DNA of 64,000 nucleotides from Escherichia coli 042 (GTDB lineage Bacteria; Pseudomonadota; Gammaproteobacteria; Enterobacterales; Enterobacteriaceae): NCBI RefSeq assembly GCF_000027125.1, contig NC_017626.1; one strand, 5' to 3'. Shown piece by piece: positions 21,225 to 33,848 of this stretch (position 1 is its first letter; each line of letters starts with the position of its first letter). The notes under the pieces were generated by a model. It saw only the letters and a program-made list of their open reading frames with translations, ran no database searches and was not told where the DNA came from. The position numbers and the translations under genes were made by a program.

Positions 21225-21583
21225 TTCGCATCCCTAAAGACAATGAACTTTGAATAGACGAAACCGCACACCAGGCTGATGGCGGAGAAGGTGACAAGAG
21301 TTATCATCGGGGGAAGTGCGCATCTATCAGCAGCCCATCCAACAGTAGCACTGAGTGTTCCCATGAACCCGACATATAACATGTAGCGCATCGTTGTAGT
21401 TGATGCTTTGAATGTGAATTTTGCATTCGCGAAGAAGCTAAAACTCACAGCCACAACGAAACCTGCGAAGTTTGCCAGAGCCTGATTGGTATGCGCGGCA
21501 TAGATACATACACCAAAAACCACCCAGTGTATAAGTGTGTTCAGCACACCAATCGAGGTGTACCTTGCAAATATATTTAACAT
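21221..21583 (-). CDS. gtrA: GtrA-family flippase
   Basis: 120-aa four-TM protein starting [24 protein letters not shown]... Confidence 0.85.
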
Positions 21584-21780
21584 TTATTTAATCAATGAGT
21601 TCTGAAAGGTATGAAGTCTATCATCCAAGTCTCAATCGATCGATACTTGCGGTAGTTGATGAGGAAAACTCTGGTACACAAAGCTTTGCACTGGACTGCA
21701 AGGTGTTGTGCTTCTCTGGAGTGCGATATGTTTGATGACAAAAAATTAGCGCAAGAGGACAAAAAATCACCTTGCGCTAA

Positions 21781-21940
21781 TGCTCTGTCTCAGGTCACTA
21801 ATACCATCTAAGTAGTTGATTCATAGTGACTGGATATGTTGTGTTTTGTAGTATCATGCAGTCTATTTTTTAGACTAAATTTATTTTAAAACATTGATAT
21901 TATTGGCTTTTGCTGTTTCGCGTTCAGCTTTTTTATACTA
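21781..21940 (+). other. Prophage attR: lambda-like P arm with arm-type Int sites plus 15-bp core GCTTTTTTATACTAA (21926..21940)
   Basis: Core is identical to the lambda att core; P arm contains CAGGTCACTAAT and CATAGTGACTGG; bacterial B' arm (CTTGAGCGAAACGGGAAGG) follows. Confidence 0.85.
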
Positions 21941-22031
21941 ACTTGAGCGAAACGGGAAGGTAAAAAGACAAAAAGTTGTTTTTAATACCTTTAAGTGATA
22001 CCAGATGGCATAGCGCCATCTGGCAGAGTGA

Positions 22032-22508
22032 TTAACTAAACATCGCAGTAATCGAGGCGCTTGCCAGAGAATGGAAATGGACGTTAAACCCGACCATCGC
22101 GCCGCTGGCACCTTCATCGACATCAATACGTTCTACATCCAGCGCGTGAACGGTAAAAATGTAGCGATGGGTTTCGCCTTTCGGCGGCGCTGCACCATCG
22201 TACCCGGTTTTACCAAAGTCGGTACGCGTCTGCAAAACGCCGTCTGGCATTGCTACCAGACCAGAGCCAAACCCTTGCGGTAATACGCGGGTATCAGCGG
22301 GTAAATTAACAACTACCCAGTGCCACCAGCCGGAGCCGGTTGGCGCATCCGGGTCGTAGCAGGTGACAACAAAACTTTTCGTTCCCGCAGGAACATCATC
22401 CCACGCCAGATGCGGTGAAACATTATCGCCATCGTAACCCATGCCGTTAAAGACATGACGATGTGGCAACTTATCGCCATCGCGCAGATCATTACTGATG
22501 AGTTTCAT
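22032..22508 (-). CDS. ybhB: PEBP-family protein YbhB
   Basis: 158-aa ORF; synteny with bioA. Confidence 0.85.
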   Translation of the reverse strand: MKLISNDLRDGDKLPHRHVFNGMGYDGDNVSPHLAWDDVPAGTKSFVVTCYDPDAPTGSGWWHWVVVNLPADTRVLPQGFGSGLVAMPDGVLQTRTDFGKTGYDGAAPPKGETHRYIFTVHALDVERIDVDEGASGAMVGFNVHFHSLASASITAMFS

Positions 22509-22566
22509 GAACCCTCCTTTCTAGTTTGCAGAAAGTGTAGCCAGAAACCCTCACGCTGACTTCCCG

Positions 22567-23856
22567 TTATTGGCAAAAAAATGTTTCATCCTGCACCGCA
22601 CGATTAACCGCTGCGGTCAGACGCTGCAACTGTTGCGGGAGAATAATATAGGGCGGCATCAGGTAAATCAGTTTGCCAAAAGGCCGGATCCAGACACCCT
22701 GTTCGACAAAGAATTTTTGCAGCGCTGCCATATTCACCGGACGAGTGGTTTCGACCACGCCAATGGCCCCTAGCACGCGCACATCGGCAACCATTTTGGC
22801 ATCACGGGCTGGTGCCAGTTGCTCGCGCAGTTGTACTTCAATAGCCACCACCTGCTGCTGCCAGTCGCCAGATTCGAGAATCGCCAGGCTGGCGTTTGCT
22901 GCCGCGCAGGCTAGCGGATTGCCCATAAAAGTTGGCCCATGCATAAAGCAACCGGCTTCGCCGTTACTGATGGTTTCCGCAACCTCGCGCGTGGTGAGTG
23001 TGGCGGAAAGGGTCATTGTACCGCCGGTTAAGGCTTTACCGAGGCACAAAATGTCCGGCGCGATATCTGCATGTTCACAGGCAAACAGTTTGCCAGTACG
23101 ACCAAATCCGGTGGCGATCTCGTCGGCAATCAGCAAGATACCTTCGCGATCGCACATTTTGCGGATTCGTTTTAACCATTCCGGATGGTAGATGCGCATC
23201 CCGCCTGCGCCCTGGACAATCGGTTCAATGATCACCGCCGCGATTTCATGACGATGCGCCGCCATCAGGCGGGCAAAGCCCACCATATCGCGCTCATCCC
23301 ATTCACCATCCATGCGGCTTTGCGGGGCGGGAGCAAACAAGTTTTCTGGCAGATAGCCTTTCCACAGACTGTGCATTGAGTTATCCGGATCGCACACCGA
23401 CATCGCGCCAAAGGTATCGCCATGATAACCATTGCGGAAGGTCAGAAAACGCTGGCGCGCTTCGCCTTTGGCTTGCCAGTACTGCAACGCCATTTTCATC
23501 GCCACTTCCACCGCTACGGAACCGGAGTCCGCGAGAAAAACGCATTCCAGCGGTTGCGGCGTCATTGCCACCAGTTTGCGGCACAGCTCAATGGCTGGCG
23601 CATGGGTGATACCGCCAAACATCACATGCGACATGGCATCAATTTGCGACTTCATCGCCGCATTAAGCTGCGGGTGATTGTAACCGTGGATCGCCGCCCA
23701 CCAGGACGACATACCGTCAACCAGGCGTCTGCCGTCAGACAAAATTAGCTCGCAACCTTCGGCGCTCGCCACCGGATAAACCGGTAGCGGGGAGGTCATG
23801 GATGTGTATGGGTGCCAGATATGGCGTTGGTCAAAGGCAAGATCGTCCGTTGTCAT
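22567..23856 (-). CDS. bioA: Adenosylmethionine-8-amino-7-oxononanoate aminotransferase
   Basis: Start chosen at [20 protein letters not shown]; the ORF-track 5' extension would run across bioO. Confidence 0.9.
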   Translation of the reverse strand: MTTDDLAFDQRHIWHPYTSMTSPLPVYPVASAEGCELILSDGRRLVDGMSSWWAAIHGYNHPQLNAAMKSQIDAMSHVMFGGITHAPAIELCRKLVAMTPQPLECVFLADSGSVAVEVAMKMALQYWQAKGEARQRFLTFRNGYHGDTFGAMSVCDPDNSMHSLWKGYLPENLFAPAPQSRMDGEWDERDMVGFARLMAAHRHEIAAVIIEPIVQGAGGMRIYHPEWLKRIRKMCDREGILLIADEIATGFGRTGKLFACEHADIAPDILCLGKALTGGTMTLSATLTTREVAETISNGEAGCFMHGPTFMGNPLACAAANASLAILESGDWQQQVVAIEVQLREQLAPARDAKMVADVRVLGAIGVVETTRPVNMAALQKFFVEQGVWIRPFGKLIYLMPPYIILPQQLQRLTAAVNRAVQDETFFCQ

Positions 23857-23861
23857 AATCG

Positions 23862-23899
23862 ACTTGTAAACCAAATTGAAAAGATTTAGGTTTACGAGT
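23862..23899. promoter_or_regulatory. bioO: bio operator (BirA binding site) in the divergent bioA/bioB promoter
   Basis: Imperfect palindrome TTGTAAACC-N-GGTTTAC between divergent bioA and bioB. Confidence 0.75.
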
Positions 23900-23942
23900 C
23901 TACACCGAATTAACAACAAAAAACACGTTTTGGAGAAGCCCC

Positions 23943-24983
23943 ATGGCTCACCGCCCACGCTGGACATTGTCGCAAGTCACAGAATTATTTGAAAAACCGT
24001 TGCTGGATCTGCTGTTTGAAGCGCAGCAGGTGCATCGTCAGCATTTCGATCCACGTCAGGTGCAGGTCAGCACTTTGCTGTCAATTAAGACCGGAGCTTG
24101 TCCGGAAGATTGCAAATACTGCCCGCAAAGCTCGCGCTACAAAACCGGGCTGGAAGCCGAGCGGTTGATGGAAGTTGAACAGGTGCTGGAGTCGGCGCGC
24201 AAAGCGAAAGCGGCAGGATCGACGCGCTTCTGCATGGGCGCGGCGTGGAAGAATCCCCACGAACGCGATATGCCCTACCTGGAACAAATGGTGCAGGGAG
24301 TAAAAGCGATGGGGCTGGAGGCGTGTATGACGCTGGGTACGTTGAGTGAATCTCAGGCGCAGCGCCTTGCGAATGCCGGGCTGGATTACTACAACCACAA
24401 CCTCGACACCTCGCCGGAGTTTTACGGCAATATCATCACCACACGCACTTATCAGGAACGCCTCGATACGCTGGAAAAAGTGCGCGATGCCGGGATCAAA
24501 GTCTGCTCAGGTGGCATTGTGGGTTTAGGCGAAACGGTAAAAGATCGCGCCGGATTATTACTGCAACTGGCAAACCTGCCGACGCCGCCGGAAAGCGTGC
24601 CAATCAACATGCTCGTGAAGGTGAAAGGTACTCCACTGGCAGATAACGATGATGTCGATGCCTTTGATTTTATTCGCACCATTGCCGTAGCGCGGATCAT
24701 GATGCCGACCTCTTACGTGCGCCTTTCTGCCGGACGCGAGCAGATGAACGAACAGACTCAGGCGATGTGCTTTATGGCCGGGGCTAACTCGATTTTCTAC
24801 GGTTGCAAACTGCTAACCACGCCGAATCCGGAAGAAGATAAAGACCTGCAACTGTTCCGCAAACTGGGGCTAAATCCACAGCAAACTGCCGTGCTGGCAG
24901 GGGATAACGAACAACAGCAGCGTCTGGAGCAGGCACTGATGACCCCGGACACTGACGAATATTACAACGCGGCAGCACTATGA
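23943..24983 (+). CDS. bioB: Biotin synthase
   Basis: 346-aa ORF with radical-SAM CxxxCxxC motif (CPEDCKYC). Confidence 0.95.
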   Translation: MAHRPRWTLSQVTELFEKPLLDLLFEAQQVHRQHFDPRQVQVSTLLSIKTGACPEDCKYCPQSSRYKTGLEAERLMEVEQVLESARKAKAAGSTRFCMGAAWKNPHERDMPYLEQMVQGVKAMGLEACMTLGTLSESQAQRLANAGLDYYNHNLDTSPEFYGNIITTRTYQERLDTLEKVRDAGIKVCSGGIVGLGETVKDRAGLLLQLANLPTPPESVPINMLVKVKGTPLADNDDVDAFDFIRTIAVARIMMPTSYVRLSAGREQMNEQTQAMCFMAGANSIFYGCKLLTTPNPEEDKDLQLFRKLGLNPQQTAVLAGDNEQQQRLEQALMTPDTDEYYNAAAL

Positions 24984-26134
24984 GCTGGCAGGAGAAAATC
25001 AACGCGGCGCTCGATGCGCGGCGTGCTGCCGATGCCCTGCGTCGCCGTTATCCGGTGGCGCAAGGGGCCGGACGCTGGCTGGTGGCGGATGATCGCCAGT
25101 ATCTGAACTTTTCCTGCAATGATTACCTCGGCTTAAGCCATCATCCGGACATCATTCGTGCATGGAAGCAGGGAGCGGAGCAATTTGGCGTCGGTAGCGG
25201 CGGTTCCGGTCACGTCAGCGGTTATAGCGTGGCGCATCAGGCGCTGGAAGAAGAACTGGCCGAGTGGCTGGGCTATTCGCGGGCACTGCTGTTTATCTCT
25301 GGTTTTGCCGCTAACCAGGCAGTTATTACCGCGATGACGGCGAAAGAGGACCGTATTGTTGCCGATCGGCTGAGTCACGCCTCATTGCTGGAAGCTGCCA
25401 GTTTAAGCCCGGCGCAGCTTCGCCGTTTTACCCATAACGATGTCGCTCATCTGGCGCGACTGCTTGCTTCCCCCTGTCCGGGGCAGCAACTGGTGGTGAC
25501 AGAAGGCGTGTTCAGCATGGACGGCGATAGTGCGCCACTGGCGGAAATCCAGCAGGTAACGCAACAGCACAATGGCTGGTTGATGGTCGATGATGCCCAC
25601 GGCACGGGCGTTATCGGGGAGCAGGGGCGCGGCAGCTGCTGGTTGCAAAAGGTAAATCCAGAATTGCTGGTGGTGACTTTTGGCAAAGGATTTGGCGTCA
25701 GCGGGGCAGCGGTGCTTTGCTCCGATGCGGTGGCGGATTATCTACTGCAATTTGCCCGCCATCTTATTTACAGCACCAGTATGCCGCCCGCTCAGGCGCA
25801 GGCATTACGTGCGTCGCTGGCGGTCATTCGCAGTGATGAGGGTGATGCACGGCGCGAAAAACTGGCGGCACTCATTACGCGTTTTCGTGCCGGAGTACAG
25901 GATTTGCCGTTTACGCTTGCTGATTCATGCAGCGCCATCCAGCCATTGATCGTCGGTGATAACAGCCGTGCGTTACAACTGGCAGAAAAACTGCGCCAGC
26001 AAGGCTGCTGGGTCACGGCGATTCGCCCACCAACCGTACCTGCTGGTACTGCGCGACTGCGCTTAACACTAACCGCCGCGCATGAAATGCAGGATATCGA
26101 CCGTCTGCTGGAGGTGCTGCATGGCAACGGTTAA
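24980..26134 (+). CDS. bioF: 8-amino-7-oxononanoate synthase
   Basis: 384-aa ORF; bio operon synteny. Confidence 0.9.
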   Translation: MSWQEKINAALDARRAADALRRRYPVAQGAGRWLVADDRQYLNFSCNDYLGLSHHPDIIRAWKQGAEQFGVGSGGSGHVSGYSVAHQALEEELAEWLGYSRALLFISGFAANQAVITAMTAKEDRIVADRLSHASLLEAASLSPAQLRRFTHNDVAHLARLLASPCPGQQLVVTEGVFSMDGDSAPLAEIQQVTQQHNGWLMVDDAHGTGVIGEQGRGSCWLQKVNPELLVVTFGKGFGVSGAAVLCSDAVADYLLQFARHLIYSTSMPPAQAQALRASLAVIRSDEGDARREKLAALITRFRAGVQDLPFTLADSCSAIQPLIVGDNSRALQLAEKLRQQGCWVTAIRPPTVPAGTARLRLTLTAAHEMQDIDRLLEVLHGNG

Positions 26135-26876
26135 TAAACAAGCCATTGCAGCGGCATTTGGTCGGGCAGCCGCGCACTATGAGCAACATGCGGATCTACA
26201 GCGCCAGAGTGCTGACGTCTTACTGGCAATGCTTCCACAGCGTAAATACACCCACGTACTGGACGCGGGTTGTGGACCTGGCTGGATGAGCCGCCACTGG
26301 CGGGAACGTCACGCGCAGGTGACGGCGTTAGATCTCTCGCCGCCAATGCTTGTTCAGGCACGCCAGAAGGATGCCGCAGACCATTATCTGGCGGGAGATA
26401 TCGAATCCCTGCCGTTAGCGACTGCAACCTTCGATCTTGCATGGAGCAATCTCGCGGTGCAGTGGTGCGGTAATTTATCCACGGCACTCCGCGAGCTATA
26501 CAGGGTGGTGCGCCCCGGAGGCGTGGTCGCGTTTACCACGCTGGTGCAGGGATCGCTCCCTGAATTACATCAGGCGTGGCAGGTGGTGGACGAGCGCCCG
26601 CATGCTAATCGCTTTTTACCGCCAGATAAAATCGAACAGTCGCTGAACGGCCTGCATTATCAACATCATATTCAGCCCATCACGCTGTGGTTTGATGATG
26701 CGCTCAGTGCCATGCGTTCGCTGAAAGGCATCGGTGCCACGCATCTTCATGAAGGGCGCGACCCGCGAATATTAACGCGTTCGCAGTTGCAGCGATTACA
26801 ACTGGCCTGGCCGCAACAACAGGGGCGATATCCTCTGACGTATCATCTTTTTTTGGGAGTAATTGCTCGTGAGTAA
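26121..26876 (+). CDS. bioC: Malonyl-ACP O-methyltransferase
   Basis: Start at [13 protein letters not shown]...; SAM-methyltransferase motif LDAGCGPG. Confidence 0.9.
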   Translation: MATVNKQAIAAAFGRAAAHYEQHADLQRQSADVLLAMLPQRKYTHVLDAGCGPGWMSRHWRERHAQVTALDLSPPMLVQARQKDAADHYLAGDIESLPLATATFDLAWSNLAVQWCGNLSTALRELYRVVRPGGVVAFTTLVQGSLPELHQAWQVVDERPHANRFLPPDKIEQSLNGLHYQHHIQPITLWFDDALSAMRSLKGIGATHLHEGRDPRILTRSQLQRLQLAWPQQQGRYPLTYHLFLGVIARE

Positions 26877-27546
26877 ACGTTATTTTGTCACCGGAACAGA
26901 TACCGAAGTGGGGAAAACTGTCGCCAGTTGTGCACTTTTACAAGCCGCGAAGGCAGCAGGTTATCGGACGGCAGGTTATAAACCGGTCGCCTCTGGCAGC
27001 GAAAAGACCCCGGAAGGCTTACGTAATAGTGACGCGCTGGCGTTACAGCACAACAGCAGCCTGCAGCTGGATTACGCAACGGTAAATCCTTACACCTTCG
27101 CAGAACCCACTTCGCCGCACATCATCAGCGCACAAGAGGGCAGGCCGATAGAATCATTGGTAATGAGCGCCGGATTACGCGGGCTTGAACAACAGGCTGA
27201 CTGGGTGTTAGTGGAAGGTGCTGGCGGCTGGTTTACGCCGCTTTCTGACACTTTCACTTTTGCGGATTGGGTAACACAGGAACAACTGCCGGTGATACTG
27301 GTAGTTGGTGTGAAACTCGGCTGTATTAATCACGCGATGTTGACGGCACAGGCAATACAACACGCCGGGCTGACTCTGGCGGGTTGGGTGGCGAATGATG
27401 TCACGCCTCCGGGAAAACGTCACGCTGAATATATGACCACGCTCACCCGCATGATTCCCGCGCCGCTGCTGGGAGAGATCCCCTGGCTTGCAGAAAATCC
27501 AGAAAATGCGGCAACCGGAAAGTACATAAACCTTGCCTTGTTGTAG
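26869..27546 (+). CDS. bioD: Dethiobiotin synthetase
   Basis: GTG start giving [17 protein letters not shown] (P-loop). Confidence 0.85.
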   Translation: MSKRYFVTGTDTEVGKTVASCALLQAAKAAGYRTAGYKPVASGSEKTPEGLRNSDALALQHNSSLQLDYATVNPYTFAEPTSPHIISAQEGRPIESLVMSAGLRGLEQQADWVLVEGAGGWFTPLSDTFTFADWVTQEQLPVILVVGVKLGCINHAMLTAQAIQHAGLTLAGWVANDVTPPGKRHAEYMTTLTRMIPAPLLGEIPWLAENPENAATGKYINLALL

Positions 27547-27705
27547 CCATCCTGTATTTGGTTAAATTGCGAGCGAGATCGCGTCTTCGATTGACTGCAA
27601 TTTAACCAATTAAATTCTAAAATAATCACGAAAAAAATTTTACTTCCGCATCATGCGATGTATGTGGGAATTGCCCAGGCGGCGGGGGATAGGGGCTGCA
27701 GACAG

Positions 27706-27728
27706 TTATCCACTATTCCTGTGGATAA
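27706..27728. promoter_or_regulatory. Inverted pair of DnaA-box-like sequences upstream of uvrB
   Basis: TTATCCACT ... TGTGGATAA. Confidence 0.5.
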
Positions 27729-28030
27729 CCATGTGTATTAGAGTTAGAAAACACGAGGCAAGCGAGAGAATACGCGGCTTGCACGCGAATTGGCGTTAAA
27801 GACGGCTCAAAGAAATATCTTTTATTTTTTAACTGGTTAGATAATTGCAATGGCAGTCACTGAAGAGGCATCTCTTGCCATAAAACTGTCATCACTCATC
27901 TTGACAAATGTTAAAAAAGCCGTTGCTTTGGGGATAACCCGGTAAGGCCGGAGTTTTATCTCGCCACAGAGTAAATTTTGCTCATGTTTGACAGCGGAGT
28001 TTACGCTGTAACAGAAATATTATGGTGAGA

Positions 28031-28050
28031 AACTGTTTTTTTATCCAGTA
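28031..28050. promoter_or_regulatory. LexA (SOS) box of uvrB overlapping a -10 TATAAT
   Basis: AACTGTTTTTTTATCCAGTA (CTG-N10-CAG), followed by TATAAT. Confidence 0.85.
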
Positions 28051-28124
28051 TAATTTGTTGGCATAATTAAGTACGACGAGTAAAATTACATACCTGCCCG
28101 CCCAACTCCTTCAGGTAGCGACTC

Positions 28125-30146
28125 ATGAGTAAACCGTTCAAACTGAATTCCGCTTTTAAACCTTCTGGCGATCAGCCAGAGGCGATTCGACGTCTCGAAG
28201 AGGGGCTGGAAGATGGCCTGGCGCACCAGACGTTACTTGGCGTGACTGGCTCCGGGAAAACCTTCACCATTGCCAATGTCATTGCTGATCTTCAGCGCCC
28301 TACCATGGTACTTGCGCCCAACAAAACGCTGGCGGCCCAGTTGTATGGCGAAATGAAAGAGTTCTTCCCGGAAAACGCGGTGGAATATTTCGTCTCCTAC
28401 TACGACTACTATCAGCCGGAAGCCTATGTACCGAGTTCCGACACCTTCATTGAGAAAGATGCCTCGGTTAACGAACATATTGAACAGATGCGTTTGTCCG
28501 CCACCAAAGCGATGCTGGAGCGGCGTGATGTGGTTGTGGTGGCGTCTGTTTCCGCGATTTATGGTCTGGGCGATCCTGATTTATATCTCAAGATGATGCT
28601 CCATCTCACGGTCGGCATGATTATCGATCAGCGCGCGATCCTGCGCCGACTGGCGGAGCTGCAATACGCTCGTAATGATCAGGCATTCCAGCGTGGTACT
28701 TTCCGCGTTCGTGGTGAGGTGATTGATATCTTCCCAGCAGAATCGGATGACATTGCACTTCGCGTGGAGCTGTTTGACGAGGAAGTGGAACGATTGTCGT
28801 TATTTGACCCGCTCACCGGGCAGATTGTTTCCACTATTCCACGTTTTACCATCTACCCGAAAACGCACTACGTCACGCCGCGCGAGCGCATCGTACAGGC
28901 GATGGAAGAGATCAAAGAAGAACTGGCCGCCAGACGCAAAGTGCTGTTGGAGAATAACAAACTGCTGGAAGAGCAGCGGCTGACCCAGCGTACCCAGTTT
29001 GATCTGGAGATGATGAACGAGCTGGGCTACTGTTCCGGGATTGAGAACTACTCGCGCTTCCTCTCCGGTCGTGGACCGGGTGAGCCACCGCCGACGCTGT
29101 TTGATTACCTGCCTGCCGATGGGCTGCTGGTGGTCGATGAATCACACGTCACCATTCCGCAAATTGGCGGCATGTATCGCGGTGACCGGGCGCGTAAAGA
29201 GACGCTGGTGGAGTACGGCTTCCGCCTGCCATCAGCGCTGGATAACCGTCCGCTGAAATTTGAAGAGTTCGAAGCATTAGCGCCGCAAACCATCTATGTT
29301 TCGGCGACGCCGGGTAATTACGAGCTGGAAAAATCGGGCGGCGATGTGGTGGATCAGGTGGTGCGTCCAACCGGATTGCTGGATCCGATTATCGAAGTGC
29401 GGCCAGTGGCGACACAGGTCGATGATCTTCTATCGGAGATTCGTCAGCGAGCGGCAATTAACGAACGCGTACTGGTTACAACTCTGACCAAGCGAATGGC
29501 GGAAGATCTCACGGAATATCTCGAAGAACACGGCGAGCGCGTGCGTTATCTTCACTCCGATATCGACACCGTCGAGCGTATGGAGATTATCCGCGACTTG
29601 CGTCTGGGCGAGTTCGACGTGCTGGTGGGGATCAACTTACTGCGCGAAGGTCTGGATATGCCGGAGGTTTCGCTGGTGGCGATCCTCGACGCCGACAAAG
29701 AAGGCTTCCTGCGTTCTGAACGTTCGTTAATCCAGACTATTGGTCGTGCGGCGCGTAACGTTAACGGTAAAGCGATTCTCTACGGCGATAAGATCACCCC
29801 GTCAATGGCGAAAGCGATTGGCGAAACCGAACGTCGTCGCGAGAAACAGCAGAAGTACAACGAGGAACACGGTATTACGCCGCAGGGCTTGAACAAGAAA
29901 GTGGTCGATATCCTGGCGCTGGGGCAGAACATTGCTAAAACCAAAGCGAAGGGCAGAGGAAAATCGCGACCGATTGTTGAGCCGGATAATGTGCCGATGG
30001 ATATGTCGCCTAAAGCGTTGCAGCAGAAGATCCATGAACTGGAAGGGTTGATGATGCAACACGCGCAGAATCTGGAGTTCGAAGAAGCGGCGCAAATTCG
30101 TGACCAGTTGCATCAGCTGCGTGAATTGTTCATTGCCGCGTCGTGA
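28125..30146 (+). CDS. uvrB: Excinuclease ABC subunit B
   Basis: 673-aa ORF with Walker A (GVTGSGKT) and helicase motifs. Confidence 0.95.
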
Positions 30147-30159
30147 CAAGATGAAAAAG

Positions 30160-30180
30160 CCGGAATGTTCTTCCGGTTCA
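30160..30180 (+). terminator. uvrB intrinsic terminator
   Basis: CCGGAA-TGTTC-TTCCGG followed by a T-containing tract. Confidence 0.6.
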
Positions 30181-30215
30181 GATTAACGATCAAGTCAAAA
30201 AAGTGCTCGAACGGT

Positions 30216-30249
30216 CCCCTCGTCCCTCCGGGGAGAGGGTGAGGGGAAC
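30216..30249. repeat. GC-rich imperfect palindromic intergenic element (family recurs at 63611..63650)
   Basis: CCCCTCGTCCCTCCGGGGAGAGGGTGAGGGGAAC. Confidence 0.4.
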
Positions 30250-30292
30250 AGGTCGCATTGCACCAGAAGCCTGGTCAGCAATCTCGGCCACA

Positions 30293-31261
<969 letters not shown>

Positions 31262-31398
31262 TTAACCTGCCAATATTGAGGATACAAACTATTTTCTTCT
31301 ACCTCTAAAGGATGAAGCACGCTATGCCTCTCTGATGATGTATATCAAAGTAAAACCGCCATTTTCCCTTATTCTGTAGCGAAATAGCACGATCATGA

Positions 31399-31422
31399 CG
31401 CTATATACATGATTACATAGCG
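31399..31422. promoter_or_regulatory. Putative ModE operator upstream of moaA
   Basis: CGCTATATACATGATTACATAGCG palindrome containing TAYAT-like half sites. Confidence 0.5.
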
Positions 31423-31454
31423 AAAGTGTGGATGGTAAAAATCTCATTTACACG

Positions 31455-31597
31455 CTAGTATCGGCTTAACCACTAAACACTCTAGCCTCTGCACCTGGGT
31501 CAACTGATACGGTGCTTTGGCCGTGACAATGCTCGTAAAGATTGCCACCAGGGCGAAGAAAGAAATGACTTCGCCTCCCGTATCTGGAAAGGTGTAC
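31455..31597 (+). ncRNA. moaA 5' leader, probable Moco riboswitch; boundaries approximate
   Basis: Long structured leader ending ...CGCCUCCCGUAUCUGGAAAGGUGUACAUG that sequesters the RBS; E. coli moaA is known to carry a Moco RNA motif. Confidence 0.45.
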
Positions 31598-32587
31598 ATG
31601 GCTTCACAACTGACTGATGCATTTGCGCGTAAGTTTTACTACTTGCGCCTGTCGATTACTGATGTGTGTAACTTTCGTTGCACCTACTGCCTGCCGGATG
31701 GCTACAAACCGAGCGGCGTCACCAATAAAGGCTTTCTTACCGTCGATGAAATTCGCCGGGTTACGCGCGCCTTTGCCAGTCTGGGCACCGAAAAAGTGCG
31801 CCTGACAGGCGGTGAGCCGTCTTTACGCCGCGACTTTACCGATATCATCGCCGCTGTGCGGGAAAACGACGCTATCCGCCAGATTGCGGTCACCACCAAT
31901 GGTTACCGTCTGGAACGCGATGTGGCGAACTGGCGCGATGCGGGACTTACTGGCATCAACGTCAGCGTTGATAGCCTTGACGCTCGCCAGTTTCATGCCA
32001 TTACCGGGCAGGATAAATTCAACCAGGTCATGGCAGGGATCGATGCTGCATTTGAGGCCGGTTTTGAGAAGGTCAAAGTCAATACCGTGCTGATGCGTGA
32101 TGTTAATCATCATCAGCTCGACACCTTTCTGAACTGGATCCAGCATCGCCCTATCCAGCTGCGTTTCATCGAATTGATGGAAACGGGCGAGGGCAGCGAG
32201 CTCTTCCGTAAGCATCACATCTCTGGTCAGGTTCTGCGTGACGAGCTACTGCGTCGCGGCTGGATCCACCAATTACGTCAACGCAGCGACGGTCCCGCGC
32301 AAGTCTTTTGTCATCCGGATTACGCCGGAGAGATTGGCCTTATCATGCCGTATGAAAAAGACTTCTGCGCCACTTGCAACCGCCTGCGCGTTTCCTCCAT
32401 TGGTAAACTCCATCTCTGCCTGTTTGGTGAAGGCGGCGTTAACCTGCGCGATCTGCTGGAAGACGATACCCAGCAACAGGCGCTGGAAGCGCGTATTTCA
32501 GCGGCGCTGCGGGAGAAGAAACAGACCCATTTCCTGCATCAAAACAACACCGGTATTACGCAAAACTTATCGTACATTGGCGGCTAA
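31598..32587 (+). CDS. moaA: GTP 3',8-cyclase (radical SAM)
   Basis: 329-aa product from [31 protein letters not shown]. Confidence 0.95.
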
Positions 32588-32608
32588 AACGTCAAAAGGA
32601 GAGATCAG

Positions 32609-33121
32609 ATGAGTCAGGTAAGCACTGAATTTATCCCGACCCGTATTGCTATTCTTACGGTTTCTAATCGTCGCGGTGAAGAAGACGATACCTCCGGTCA
32701 CTATCTGCGCGATTCGGCGCAGGAAGCGGGCCATCACGTTGTCGATAAAGCCATTGTGAAAGAAAACCGCTACGCTATTCGCGCTCAGGTATCTGCGTGG
32801 ATCGCCAGCGACGATGTACAAGTGGTGTTGATTACGGGGGGGACTGGCCTGACGGAAGGTGATCAGGCTCCCGAAGCATTGCTGCCGTTGTTCGACCGTG
32901 AAGTTGAAGGTTTTGGTGAAGTGTTCCGTATGTTGTCGTTTGAAGAGATTGGCACTTCCACGTTGCAATCTCGTGCGGTAGCGGGCGTCGCTAACAAAAC
33001 GCTGATTTTCGCCATGCCGGGTTCGACCAAAGCGTGCCGTACCGCATGGGAAAATATCATCGCGCCGCAGCTGGATGCCCGTACGCGTCCGTGTAATTTC
33101 CATCCACATTTGAAGAAATAA
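32609..33121 (+). CDS. moaB: Molybdenum cofactor biosynthesis protein B
   Basis: 170-aa ORF; operon synteny. Confidence 0.9.
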
Positions 33122-33123
33122 GT

Positions 33124-33609
33124 ATGTCGCAACTGACCCATATCAACGCCGCTGGCGAAGCGCACATGGTGGATGTCTCCGCCAAAGCGGAAACTGTGCG
33201 TGAAGCGCGCGCCGAAGCCTTTGTCACCATGCGCAGCGAGACGCTGGCGATGATTATTGATGGTCGCCACCACAAAGGCGACGTATTTGCCACTGCTCGT
33301 ATTGCCGGTATTCAGGCGGCAAAACGCACCTGGGATCTGATCCCGCTCTGTCACCCGCTGATGCTCAGCAAAGTTGAAGTCAATTTACAGGCCGAGCCGG
33401 AGCACAATCGGGTACGTATAGAAACCTTATGCCGCCTGACCGGGAAAACCGGTGTCGAAATGGAGGCGTTAACCGCGGCCTCCGTGGCGGCGCTTACCAT
33501 TTATGACATGTGCAAAGCGGTGCAAAAAGATATGGTGATTGGTCCGGTACGTTTGCTGGCAAAGAGCGGCGGCAAGTCGGGTGACTTTAAGGTGGAAGCG
33601 GATGATTAA
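33124..33609 (+). CDS. moaC: Cyclic pyranopterin monophosphate synthase
   Basis: 161-aa ORF; operon synteny. Confidence 0.9.
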
Positions 33610-33847
33610 AGTTCTTTTTTTCGCCCAGGTGCGCGAGTTGGTGGGAACAGATGCAACCGAAGTGGCTGCGGATTTCCCAACCGTTGAAGCGTTACGCCAA
33701 CATCTGACTGCGCAGAGCGATCGCTGGGCGCTGGCGCTGGAAGATGGCAAATTGCTGGCTGCCGTCAACCAGACGCTGGTGAGTTTTGACCATCCGCTGA
33801 CTGACGGCGACGAAGTAGCTTTCTTCCCGCCGGTAACCGGAGGTTAA
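33605..33847 (+). CDS. moaD: Molybdopterin synthase sulfur-carrier subunit
   Basis: 81-aa product ending in GG, start MIKVLFFAQ. Confidence 0.9.
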
Positions 33848-33848
33848 G

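Larger units (their letters stand above)
1..21940. mobile_element. Integrated prophage, right arm only (late genes to attR); left end lies outside the window
   Basis: Contiguous co-directional phage structural genes, gtr cassette, then a lambda-type att core and P arm abutting ybhB. Confidence 0.85.

Noticed and set aside
21584-21780. Dam/OxyR-type phase-variation switch upstream of gtrA
   Set aside because: Only a single GATC was seen in the putative promoter region, not the paired GATC and OxyR half-site arrangement expected for phase-variable gtr operons.
21926-22031. tRNA or tmRNA gene at the prophage integration site
   Set aside because: No cloverleaf-compatible sequence was seen; the core matches the non-tRNA lambda attB between ybhC and ybhB.
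31517-31597. ORF-track 5' extensions of moaA, bioA, bioC, dinG, mcbA, ybiO, ybhL, ybhK, ybiX and cecR
   Set aside because: The extensions run across known regulatory elements (bioO, LexA box, moaA leader) or signal-peptide starts; the internal starts give canonical N-termini and lengths.
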